This document shows, piece by piece, positions 54,283 to 64,000 of a stretch of 64,000 bases of DNA; position 1 is the first letter of the stretch; every line of letters begins with the position of its first letter. Location of the stretch: contig NC_047081.1 of NCBI RefSeq assembly GCF_902459465.1, positions 7,564,001 through 7,628,000 on the forward strand, written 5' to 3'. A program made the translations under genes and the position numbers. This DNA comes from Asterias rubens (taxonomy: Eukaryota). The notes beneath the pieces were generated by a model, which was given only the letters and a program-made list of their open reading frames with translations, was not told the origin of the DNA and ran no database searches.

Positions 54283-54666
54283 TTAAAGGCAGTGGACACT
54301 ATTGGTAACTGTCAAAGACTAGCTTTACAGTTGGTGTATCTCTCTAAAATGCATAAAATAACTAACCTGTGAAAATTTGAGCTCAATCGATCATCAAAGT
54401 TGCGAGATAATGTAAGAAGAAAACACCCATGTCACACGAAGTTGTGTGCGTTTAGATGCTTGATTTCGGGACCTCAAGTTGTAAACGTGAGGTCTCGAAA
54501 TCAAATTCGTGGAAAATTACTTCTTTCTCAAAAACTATGGCACTTCAGAGGGAGCTGTTTCCCACAATGTTTTATACAACCAACCTCTCCCCATTACTGG
54601 TCACCAAGAAAGGTTTTATGCTAATAATTATTTTGAGTAATTACCAATAGTGTCCACTGCCTTTAA
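54283..54666. mobile_element. MITE family A
   Basis: Both TIRs and TTAA flanks; abuts a family B element. Confidence 0.85.
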
Positions 54667-55561
54667 AGGGAAACATTGCATTGGATCATGCGAGTTGGTC
54701 TATGGAAAGCGTTTGATGGTTGAATAGATTAAAAGTAAGAATGAAATTATCTACAAAAAACAACCTCAAAATTTCACGGTTTTCCTTAACGTCGTGGAAC
54801 ACGGCGCGCCATTTTGTGAACTCAAGATAATTTGACTCCACAAAATGGCCGATCGTATACGTTCGGAAAATGAAAGGAAAATCATGCATTTTCTAGGCAT
54901 GTTTATGTTGATCATCATATTCTACTTTTCCGCATTTCATAATAAATGTTTTCAACCGCTATCATAGTTCAACTCGCACAATCCAATGTGTACGTATTCC
55001 TTTAATCTCTATTTTTGTGCCAAAGTGTAAATGAGTATGTTATTTTCATTACCCGGAGGTAGAATAAATACACATTCATGAAAGTCACATTGAGTTTTAG
55101 AAGCAGTACCGTATCAGTTTGTTACCGCGTCTGGGTTCATGATGAATTATTCACGATTTGGACTTGGTGAATACATTTTGAGATTATCACAATCCGATGA
55201 TCCCTATACTAAAAGCGATAAGGAGTTGTTGATAGCGACGTCCACTGACCTTGGATTAAATTTAAATAAATATAATTTTCAAAATAATTAATATGAAACA
55301 ATATTCAACCAAGCTTGTTATACCGTAAAAAATGTACACCTCAAATTATGCACTGCATCTTCTAATATGTTAAAAGATACACCATATTCCTTCAGTAACA
55401 TTTAAAATTTATTTTAATGCTGTCACACAGAATATCAATGCACATTATGTCGAAATTATAGATACACACAATGGTTCAAAAATAAGCAGCAATTTAAAGA
55501 CAACTTTTAGATTATAAGGAAAGCGAGATGCTTTTGTTCACTAAGCGGTTATACCTTTCGA

Positions 55562-55944
55562 GCCAGTGGACACTACTGGTAATTGCCACAGACTAGCCTT
55601 CACAGTTGGTGTCTCTCAACATATGCATAAAATAACAAACCTGTGAAAATTTGAGCTCAATCGGTCATCGAACTTGCGAGATAATAATGAAAGAAAAAAA
55701 CACCCTTGTCACATAAAGTTTGTGTGCGTTTAGATGGTTGATTTGGAGACCTCAAGTTTTAAAACTGAGGTCTTGAAATCAAGTTCGTGGAAACTTCCTT
55801 CTTTCTATGGCCTTTCAGAGGGAGCCCTTTTTCACAGTTTTTTATACCATCAACCTCTCCCCATTACTCGTTACCAAGTAAGGTTAAATGCTAATAATTA
55901 TTTTAAGTAATTACCGGTATACCAATAGTGTCCACTGCCTTCAA
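55562..55944. mobile_element. MITE family A, ~320 bp upstream of paralogue 3 ATG
   Basis: TIRs and conserved body. Confidence 0.8.
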
Positions 55945-56261
55945 ATATAGACCTGCGAACCCCTGTAACAGTGGGCGTGACTTTCTGTGGATTTTATCAT
56001 GATTGACATAATCCTTCAATTCATGCAGGATTGCTCCAAACATTAGTAATATCAAGGTCACATGAAGAATGATATCTACAAGCGTATAGGTCATTGTATA
56101 CAAAACTAACCCAATTGCACAAACAGTCGGTTTATTGACACAATTTCGGCTTCGCACGCTAGGATTAAAGAGGCCCTTTGGTGACCTCGGTTGGTAAAAT
56201 ATTTTAATGGTAGTATAAACTGCTAGAGCAGAACCGACGACGTGGATCATTGCACTTCAAC

Positions 56262-59200
56262 ATGGCCGCCAGCAAGCCAAATCTGTTTTACATTTGGAAC
56301 TTCTTCGAGAAGACCGGGGGCTATAGCTCTCGTTTTTCGTCTTTCGTAGATTATTGGACGTTCGCCGCCAACGTCGTGAGGAAGAATGATGACTACATAG
56401 CGACTCAGCTGCACCGAAACCTCGACCCAAAAGGTAAAAACGTATACTGAGGGTATTCGAATTAGAGCTAAATTATAGCCTGAACTCAAACCGTGTTAAC
56501 TGTTACGTTTTTGACATGTAGCTTTACTATGAGAGCTATACCACCATGCATAATGTGTGTGTACCACTCATAGATCACTGGGTCCTTCGTCTGGTGATAC
56601 ACTAGTATGTGTTCAAGACTCTCCTGCTATTAATACCTGAACCAATGCCACAAGAGGGCGTGCTCACCCTTGACAGCTGGAAATTAACCGCATGAGATAG
56701 TAAGATAACAAACATCCAAAAGTGTCTTGAACAAAGGCTAGTGGTCTACCCGACGTTCACGTTTTTAGAGTACCAACGTACTGTTAAATTAGCCCAGGCT
56801 GGACTCACAGTGGCACTGACTGACGTCCAACAAGGCTACTATACAACTGCATAGACCTATATTAGTGGGCGTGACTGTCTGTGGATTTTATCATGATTGA
56901 CACATCAGGAGTCTGGCTCTTTGATTGTGTAATAATGTAAGTAGGATTTGAAACTGTGCATGGTGGAAATACGACATGGAAAGGTTTTCAGTAACACTAT
57001 ATATGTACTGACTATCTCTAATGAGTTGGGGTGGTTCTGAAAAGAACCGTTGATTTCAACTCGACGTTTTGATCAGAGCATACTGATCGAAACGTCGAGC
57101 TCCAGAAGGCGATCAGAGCATCTGAGTGAAACGTCGAGTTGAAACCAACGGTTCTCAGAACCACCCCAACTCATTAGAGATAGTCATTACATGGTGTTAC
57201 CGCAAACTTTTTCATAATGGTAACAATGTACTTTAGCTATCTCCAGAAGAGGATCAGAAGAATACTTTTTGCAACGTCGAGTTGAAACCAACGGGAAGCC
57301 AACTCATTTAGAGATTATCATTACAGGGTGTGTGACCACAAACATTTCTCTACTTTAAACGCGTTTAACTAAACTTTTAGACTTACAACTCAAGTAATAG
57401 GATAATAAATGATGATAAGTTTGAAAACTGCTTGGAAATTCCTTTAAAAAACTTTTTTTTGTAAACGTAGCCCCTACATTGAGCTTGGTTAATTTTGTTT
57501 TCAAACAATTACCGATTAATCTATAATATTGTGAAACAGATAGAAATGACAATGAGCACAGATACTTGTATCAATAGAACATAAACAAATTATTTTTGTT
57601 GTATACCCAAGAACTTGCTTTTTATCGTGAAATGCAGTGCCTCAAAATTGAACCAAAGTGTTTAAGTTCATTTCCAGCTTTCTCATAATAATAAAGGTTT
57701 TAAGGAGGGTGGTGATAAGGGCTAAAACTCTGCCTTCTTGCTACTCGAAAGGTCCTGAATGGTGACCAACCAAGTAGATGGTACTTAAGACAAACCTAAA
57801 TCATAAACAGTGCTAAAAACGAGGCCGAAAATAAAAGGTTAAACGTATGACCGGACACAACAACAAGATACTCGTGAGGTTGTGTTTTTGGTGAAATAAG
57901 TCAGTATTTGAAATAAGTCAGTATTTGAAGCGGTTATTACGTGCGTCATCAGTTTTGTTTTGTCGAAGAATCACAACCTACTTGCCATGTTTTTGTCGTA
58001 ACTGTAATTGACTGTGATGAACTTAAAACAGCTGTGATGCCTGCTGTAATTCCCTGTTTGTTCCGCTCCCCAAAAAATTCAACATATGTTTTTATTTGGG
58101 GTGAAGCGGGTCCTTTATATATGTCACCTTTCTTGAGGATAAGAGTCTTACACTTTTTGTCTCATCAGGCTGAACTTATTATCACAAACATTCATCTATT
58201 CGATCGTACGGAGCCCCTAAAGGGACAGGTAAAAAGAAAGTTGAAAAGGTATAACAAAAATAGCAAAAAAAAATCGTCCCCTCGAGATACTATTTCATTA
58301 CCTCGAAATCATTTTGTTCACTCGAAATATAATTTCGTTTCCATCAAAGTAATATCGTTACCTCAAAATACTATTTCATGGGAAGAAATAACATTTCGAG
58401 GTAACGAAATAACAGTGTTTTAATTACAATTTCAATGTTGTATTCCCGATCGGGAACAATTCTGTTAAGAAAGTTAGTTTGCAAGTTTTCAAAACTTTTA
58501 CCAACAGCTACCTTCCCATACGTGAATCATGCTGCGTTTGATGGAACGACCTTTGCAGCTTTCGGGCAAAGCAAACCAACAGCGGAATGGATGGAAGTCG
58601 CGAAAGAAGGACGTGGCGGCACGGGCACCACGGTAGCCTACCCGGGTAAGTCGTCAAAAAAACACGGCCTATTAAAAGTCCAAGTCACGCTGCAAAAATA
58701 TTTCACATGGCACTGGACAATATTGGTATTTACTCAATATTGTTAGCATAAAAAATTACTAGGTAACGAGCAATGAAGAGCTGTTGATAGTATAACACAC
58801 TGTGAGAAACGGTTCCCTCTGAAGTAACGTAATTTTTGAAAAAGGATGAGATTCTCACTAAAATATTTGAATTGAATAGCTGAACTCGCATTCAAGCATC
58901 TGTACAACAAGTAGCGTGTTTTAGTACAGCAAGGGTGTTTTTACCTAATCCATTACTCTCCCGCAACTTCGACGACCAACTGAGTTAAAATGTTCACAGC
59001 TGGGTTTGCATATGTTGAGATACATCAAGTGAGAAGACTGGTCTTATGTTGAGATACATTAAGTGAGAAGACTGGTCTTTTGACAATATTATTATCAAGG
59101 GTGTCCAGTGTCTTTAACCTAAACAAAACTTCAACGTTGTGGTCCGTTATATAAAATACATAAGCCCCGAGCGAGTTGACATACAGATGTTTTTACACAA

Positions 59201-60261
59201 TCGAGTCATTAATTATCTCAAGTATACTGAATATTAATTAACCCCTTCTCCCGTTTAACGTTACAGGTGGATACAAGGAGATCGAGTCTACCACCGGCAA
59301 ACCACTAGGTCCTTGGCTGCCCAAGGGTGATAACATCTTTCTCGTGTCAGCTTTTAAGGTACGGTTGACGACATCACATATCTATTCGTTCAAACATTTT
59401 AAACACGGAAAACGAATCGATAAAGTTAAGCAATCGATGTTTCGTTTCGAGCCAGTGTTGTTGACTCCAGTAAGTGTTGTTGACTGGAGTCGTTGTCTTG
59501 GACTCGAGTCGTGACTTCACTGGCTTGCGACCTGACTTGACTTTTGAAGAAAAACAAATGACTTATGACTTATCTTGACTTGAGCAAGAATGCATTGTCG
59601 CTTGACTTGAGCAAAACTTACTTGACTTGGTTTGAGCAAAAATGACTTGTTGCGACTTGACTTGATTTGAGAAAAAAAATTACTTGGCCAAAAACTGGCT
59701 ATACAGTTCTCGTGTTGGCAAGGATTTTCACGTGGGATGTTAAACTTTGCATTGTTGGTGAGGTTTGCGGTAGTATCTATCGTAATCTCTTTTGAGAATA
59801 TTGTTGCTCTGGAGTTGAGTACCACGGGTTCTTTTCAGAACGAACTATAAAATATCTCACTTGAATTTCACGTGGTGCTTTATTTTTGTTCGTGATAACA
59901 GGTAGCTGATGAGAAGGACACCAAACTCCAAGAGGCATTCGAAAAGGACTGGAAGGAATCTTCAGGAACCAACTTTATCCTCAAGAATGCTCCCAAGGAG
60001 CTCGGCATCTCTAACTGCGGCCTGTATAAGAAGTTTACCGAGCGTCCCGGGTTGATGTACGTCCTCAGAGCTGAGCTGACCGGGGCTAGGGTGGACTCTG
60101 AGCCGGCCAAGACCTTCCTGGCGCAACTCAAGGAGTTCAAGTACCCGGACTATTTCCAGAAAGTGGACAATGAGCTTTACATGGCGGATCCAGAAAACAT
60201 AATTTTCCCTCAAGCGGGGAAGAAAGATCTCCCGGAAGGCTTGGCGTACAAACCAGAGTAA
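56262..60261 (+). CDS. Tandem paralogue 3: two-domain ABM-like protein, ~253 aa
   Basis: Join 56262-56433, 58508-58645, 59267-59358, 59902-60261; GT-AG introns, phases 1,1,0. MAASKPNLFYIWNFFEK...YIATQLHRNLDPK-ATFPYVNHAAFDG...AYPG-GYKEIE...FLVSAFK-VADEK...YKPE*. Confidence 0.85.
57009..57320. mobile_element. Penelope-like terminal-repeat remnant with degenerate minimal hammerhead-like motifs
   Basis: Inverted arms around repeated CTC-CAGAAG(G/A)-GATCAG-loop-CTGATC-GAAACGTC-GAG units. Confidence 0.45.
58709..59117. mobile_element. MITE family A in intron 2 of paralogue 3
   Basis: Degenerate TIRs, conserved body, small internal duplication at about 59010-59080. Confidence 0.75.
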
Positions 60262-60519
60262 ATACGCCACCCAATGGAAAAGAAAACCGTCATTCATACG
60301 GATTTGCTTCTTATCGCGAACATTTTTACTCTAAGATCGTCAACATACAGTGTCAAAATTTCCTCGAATTTGACCGAAGCTTTTTTTGGATGGACTCTTC
60401 CCTCCTTTTGGTCAATTGGTGGTGGGGGAGGGGGAGGGGGGTCCGACACGCCCTTTTTTAGTAACGGTCCTGCTTCAGTAAATACGTCACACAATGGAAA
60501 GAAAACCATGTCGGTCAAA

Positions 60520-60975
60520 TAGTAGGGTCATATCTTTGGATTCCGTGACCATTCTTTTGCTGCCTTTTTTTTTTCGATGGATTTGACTTCAGGAACCATT
60601 TAAAGAAAAAGTTAGCCCTATGAACCTCTGAAATTTGATAGGAACTTTTTTTATAGCGCTATATTCAAAATGGCCGCCGACGCCATCTTGAAAAACATAA
60701 AATGTAATAGCTCTGGCACCAGATGACCTAAACGGACAAATGAGATGTCCTGTTCCACTATATCTGGCATGACAAATACACTGGAATGGTAATTGTAAGG
60801 TTTGGGGACCATCTTGACCTCTAAATCCAATATGGCCGCCGACGCCATCTTGAAAAACATAAATTGTAATAGCTCTGGCACCAGATGACCTAGATGGACA
60901 AATGAGATGTCCTTTTCCACTATATCTGGCATGAAAAATACACTGGAATGGTAATTGTAAGATATGACCCTACTA
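60520..60975. mobile_element. TA-flanked MITE with two ~168-bp internal direct repeats
   Basis: TIR TAGTAGGGTCATATCTT...AAGATATGACCCTACTA; internal unit AATGGCCGCCGACGCCATCTTG... occurs twice. Confidence 0.65.
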
Positions 60976-61999
60976 AAACGGACGACCCGTGCTTCTTATC
61001 GTGAGCTTACTAACAAACGTCAGTGTTATGTAATATTAAAATAAACAACCAGTTATCAACGCGACAGACACATTACACTTTATTTTAAGGCTTAAAGGCA
61101 CTGGATACTATTGGTATTAGAAAAAGGGGGAAAGCACCCAAAGGTAAAACGATAAAAATTTACATTAAATGTTGTACTTTGTGCCAACGTGTAAAATGAG
61201 TATTTTATTTTGTTCATAACCTGGAAGATAGTATGTAGAGTTACATTATTTAAAGTGTGTACCGTATTTTTTGTTACCCGCGGATGCCGGCGCCTACTGT
61301 TCACGATGAATTATTCATGATCTGGATATTTGTGACAAATATAACTTTGATATTAACATAATCCGATGATCACTGCATCTTTAATGTGGTGTAGACCTAA
61401 AATGTTGCGATGTTGGACAAGATTTTACAGGGGACCCTCCCCACTCCAAGATTATCGTCCTTTCACACGAGATACATTTTGTTAACTTGTACAACAATGC
61501 TACAATTAAGCAAGGGACTCGTGCTAAATCGCTCTCGTGTGAAAGGGGATTTTAAGGTCCGGTCACACAGGCCCTGATAACGAGAACGAAAACGAGAATG
61601 TCAACAATGCACAGCCACGATTGGTTAAATAAAGCGTTGGCGTATTCTGCGTGGAGCAATTCAACCAATAGAATGCGTTCTCTTTGGGTCGTTTATCGTT
61701 GACGTTTGCGTTACCGCTGCGGTGTGACTCCGTACGTCTTTCATATGATTGCTCAAAATAATGGAGAACAACCTATCTACTTAGTGTTTCGTCATTGTTT
61801 ATATAAAGTGACGCAATTTTACAAACACGAAGCTTATTTCCCAGTGTTTGTAAAATTGCGTCACTTTGTTGACACAATGACGAAACATTTGTACATCACA
61901 TCGGCTTTGAAAAAAGGGCCCTGCTGACCTCGGGTGGAAAACATTTTTAACGGTTAAGAACTGCTGAAGGACAGCCGACAGTGACCATCGCTCTTCAAC

Positions 62000-62171
62000 A
62001 TGGCCGCCGACAAGCAAAATTTGTTTTACATATGGAATTTCTTCGAGAAGACCGGGGGCTATAGCACTCGTTTTTCGTCTTTCGTAGATAATTGGAAATT
62101 CGCCGCAGAGGTGGTGAAAAAGAACGAAGAATACATAGCGACACAGCTGCACCGAAACCTCGACCCAAAAG
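62000..62171 (+). CDS. Tandem paralogue 4, coding exon 1 only (remaining exons not seen before the window end)
   Basis: MAADKQNLFYIWNFFEKTGGYSTRFSSFVDNWKFAAEVVKKNEEYIATQLHRNLDPK followed by a phase-1 donor G|GTAAAA. Close homologue of paralogue 3 exon 1, with shared flanking sequence. Confidence 0.8.
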
Positions 62172-62334
62172 GTAAAAACGTACGAGGCTGTTCGGACTAG
62201 GAAGCCTAATGGTCTAACCAAACCGTGTATAAAAACGTTTACATTAAATTGTGTGTACATAGGTCTACCATGAGAGTTCATAGGTCTACACCTCCACGCA
62301 TAGTGTACGTGTGGCCTACATAATACACATCTAT

Positions 62335-63430
62335 AGCCCTTTTCACACTGAAGAGCAATTTCCCGGGAAATAAACTCCAGATGTTCCCTTCTAACAACAT
62401 CAACAGTGCTGTTTTCCCATTGTGCAAAGAAAGAACACTGAATAGGCTTTAACCCTATATTGGCTAGCATGTTTTCATGGTTTCATAAAGACTTTTAAAT
62501 GTATGTTTCTTCTGAAAAAAAAATTGCAGGGGAACACTTATGCAATAGAAAATATTTAGGCCTTGAAAAACAAAACTATTATCCTACCGACCTATAGTCT
62601 TTTTCCAAAGGTTTTCAGTTTTTATCTGCAATGGGCAGGGGTCCGTTCATATTCAGGTTAACGCAGGCAGTCAGCCAATTTTGAGAAAACTGTCCCGTGT
62701 CTTGTAGGCCTATATGCCCATCTAGCTGTTTTTGGACTGCATCGTCGGCCAAAAATGCAACTAGTTTCAAAGTGTTATCATCACTCCATCGGTCACTTCT
62801 ACCCATCGTAAGAAATTGAGCAACAAATTGAACTAAAGTAAATTACTGTCAGGTGGTACACAGCAATGTCGATCGAAGAACTCAAATCTGACTCTGGACA
62901 ACAAAAGTCTACCAACGGCCGAATACATGTATAAATAAGAAATACCATACACACATGGCGTGTGTACGAGAAGGAAGCTTGTTCACGTCAACTATTTATT
63001 CTATTCCGATTCCATTCACGTGCTATTTTTTTTTAAATTCATTATTTATTTGTATATTACAGATGTAATTTACTTTTAATTTCGTACCTAAACGTATACA
63101 CTTTCAGAAGGAGAAAACAAAAAAGGGCTATTGTTACCACGCGAATTATTTAGCGCGCTATTTTTGACGTCTGTGACCTTTCGAGATTAATGACGTCTCA
63201 ACACAGTGGAAGCAAAAGGTGGGGTAAGTTAAACCCGCTTTCGTTCTCACTAGATGCTTTTCCCGGGAAAAACGTTTTTCCCAGGGGTTAACTCCTTTAA
63301 CCCTACCCCTTAACTGGGTAAATTATTTTCCGGGAAAATGTTATTTCCCGGGAATTAGTTTGTAGTGTGAACAGATCGACTAACATTTCCCGGGAATTTC
63401 CCGGGAAATACCTGTAGTGTGAAAAGGGCT
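62335..63430 (-). mobile_element. Harbinger-derived element with a Myb/SANT (trihelix) pseudogene fragment
   Basis: TIR AGCCCTTTTCACACT at both ends. Minus strand from 62806 reads MGRSDRWSDDNTLKLVAFLADDAVQKQLDG, then after a frameshift TVFSKLADCLR*PEYERTPAHCR*KLKT. Confidence 0.65.
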
Positions 63431-64000
63431 TTTGTGGTGTGTTCAGTTAGCTTCCCGGGTCTACCCCGATCTGCCACCGGTACGTTCGAATAACTTTGAC
63501 GCCTTTTCAGGGGCTCAACCTGCTTAGCCCCACACCATGCTTCGGGTCATTTGGGTCTAGCCCGAGGTGCATGACGTCACCACGAGAGAGTGAATGATCG
63601 TTCGATTAGCTCTTGTCGTATGATGTCCCAAATGAGCACCGCGGTGTCGAACGCAACCAATGATTCTAAATCGCGTGGCGCCGCCATCTTAACACATGCC
63701 GCCGCCATGTTATTTCTCACGCTTTCAGGGCGCCGCCATGTTTTTTCGTCAACCGGCGCCCGCACCCTGCTGAAGCGATGCGTATCAATGTGTCCATTGC
63801 GGGGTACCAGTGTGTTGAGGTCTGCGTTGCACAAGGTTATTATAACAATGGAGGTAGAACAAACACTATTTCGTAATCTCAAATTTTTTATTTTGTTCCC
63901 TTCTCGAAATCACCTCGAAATACCATTTATTGGGAACGAAATATTATTTTGATGTAACGAAGGTGTCGACACCAGTTTCAGTATTTTTAAAATACATTTT

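Noticed and set aside
1424-54650. Many similar short ORFs (MRDN..CHTKLCAFRCLISRPQ.., ..CFQMLDFETS..)
   Set aside because: Translations of the family A MITE body, not a gene family.
55970-56902. 39-bp direct repeat flanking paralogue 3 exon 1 (55970-56008, 56864-56902)
   Set aside because: Both copies follow ATAGACCT and look like fragments of the ATAGACC MITE family rather than a cassette or LTR pair.
57941-58423. 160-aa ORF in intron 1 of paralogue 3
   Set aside because: Low-complexity, repeat-derived (CTCGAAAT units also at about 63870-63960); no domain.
59515-59670. Short GACTTGACTT repeats suggestive of an array
   Set aside because: Irregular simple repeat with no constant repeat/unique spacer structure; there is no CRISPR in this window.
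47339-60297. Minus-strand ORFs at 47339-47677, 52989-53295 and 59880-60297
   Set aside because: Antisense of exon 4 of the ABM-like paralogues; their similarity just mirrors the sense-strand homology.
43286-62171. Bacterial contamination or recent HGT to explain ABM-like genes
   Set aside because: The genes have conserved spliceosomal introns filled with host MITEs and SINEs. Only an ancient transfer remains possible.

Overview
AT-rich eukaryotic genomic DNA with GT-AG introns, dense in MITEs and SINEs, and one 142-N gap (34566-34707). The repeat families resemble those I recall from sea star (asteroid echinoderm) genomes; that taxon is an inference. There are three coding units. (1) An 8-exon minus-strand gene (874-12700, about 596 aa) for a coiled-coil protein of the NEMO/optineurin/ABIN(TNIP) type, with two degenerate UBAN-like motifs and a C-terminal CCHC zinc finger. 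(2) A single-coding-exon minus-strand neuropeptide GPCR most like QRFPR/GPR103 (19320-20468). (3) A plus-strand tandem array of at least four paralogous 4-exon genes (43286 to beyond the window end) that the ORF track does not assemble. Each encodes a ~245-255 aa protein with two predicted ABM-like (dimeric alpha+beta barrel) domains. The N-terminal domain carries motifs of bacterial cofactor-independent monooxygenases and is strongly diversified between copies, while the C-terminal exons are nearly identical between copies in exon-restricted tracts. This array is the most interesting feature. Exon structures were assembled by hand from splice sites and reading phase; family assignments come from motif recall, not database searches.
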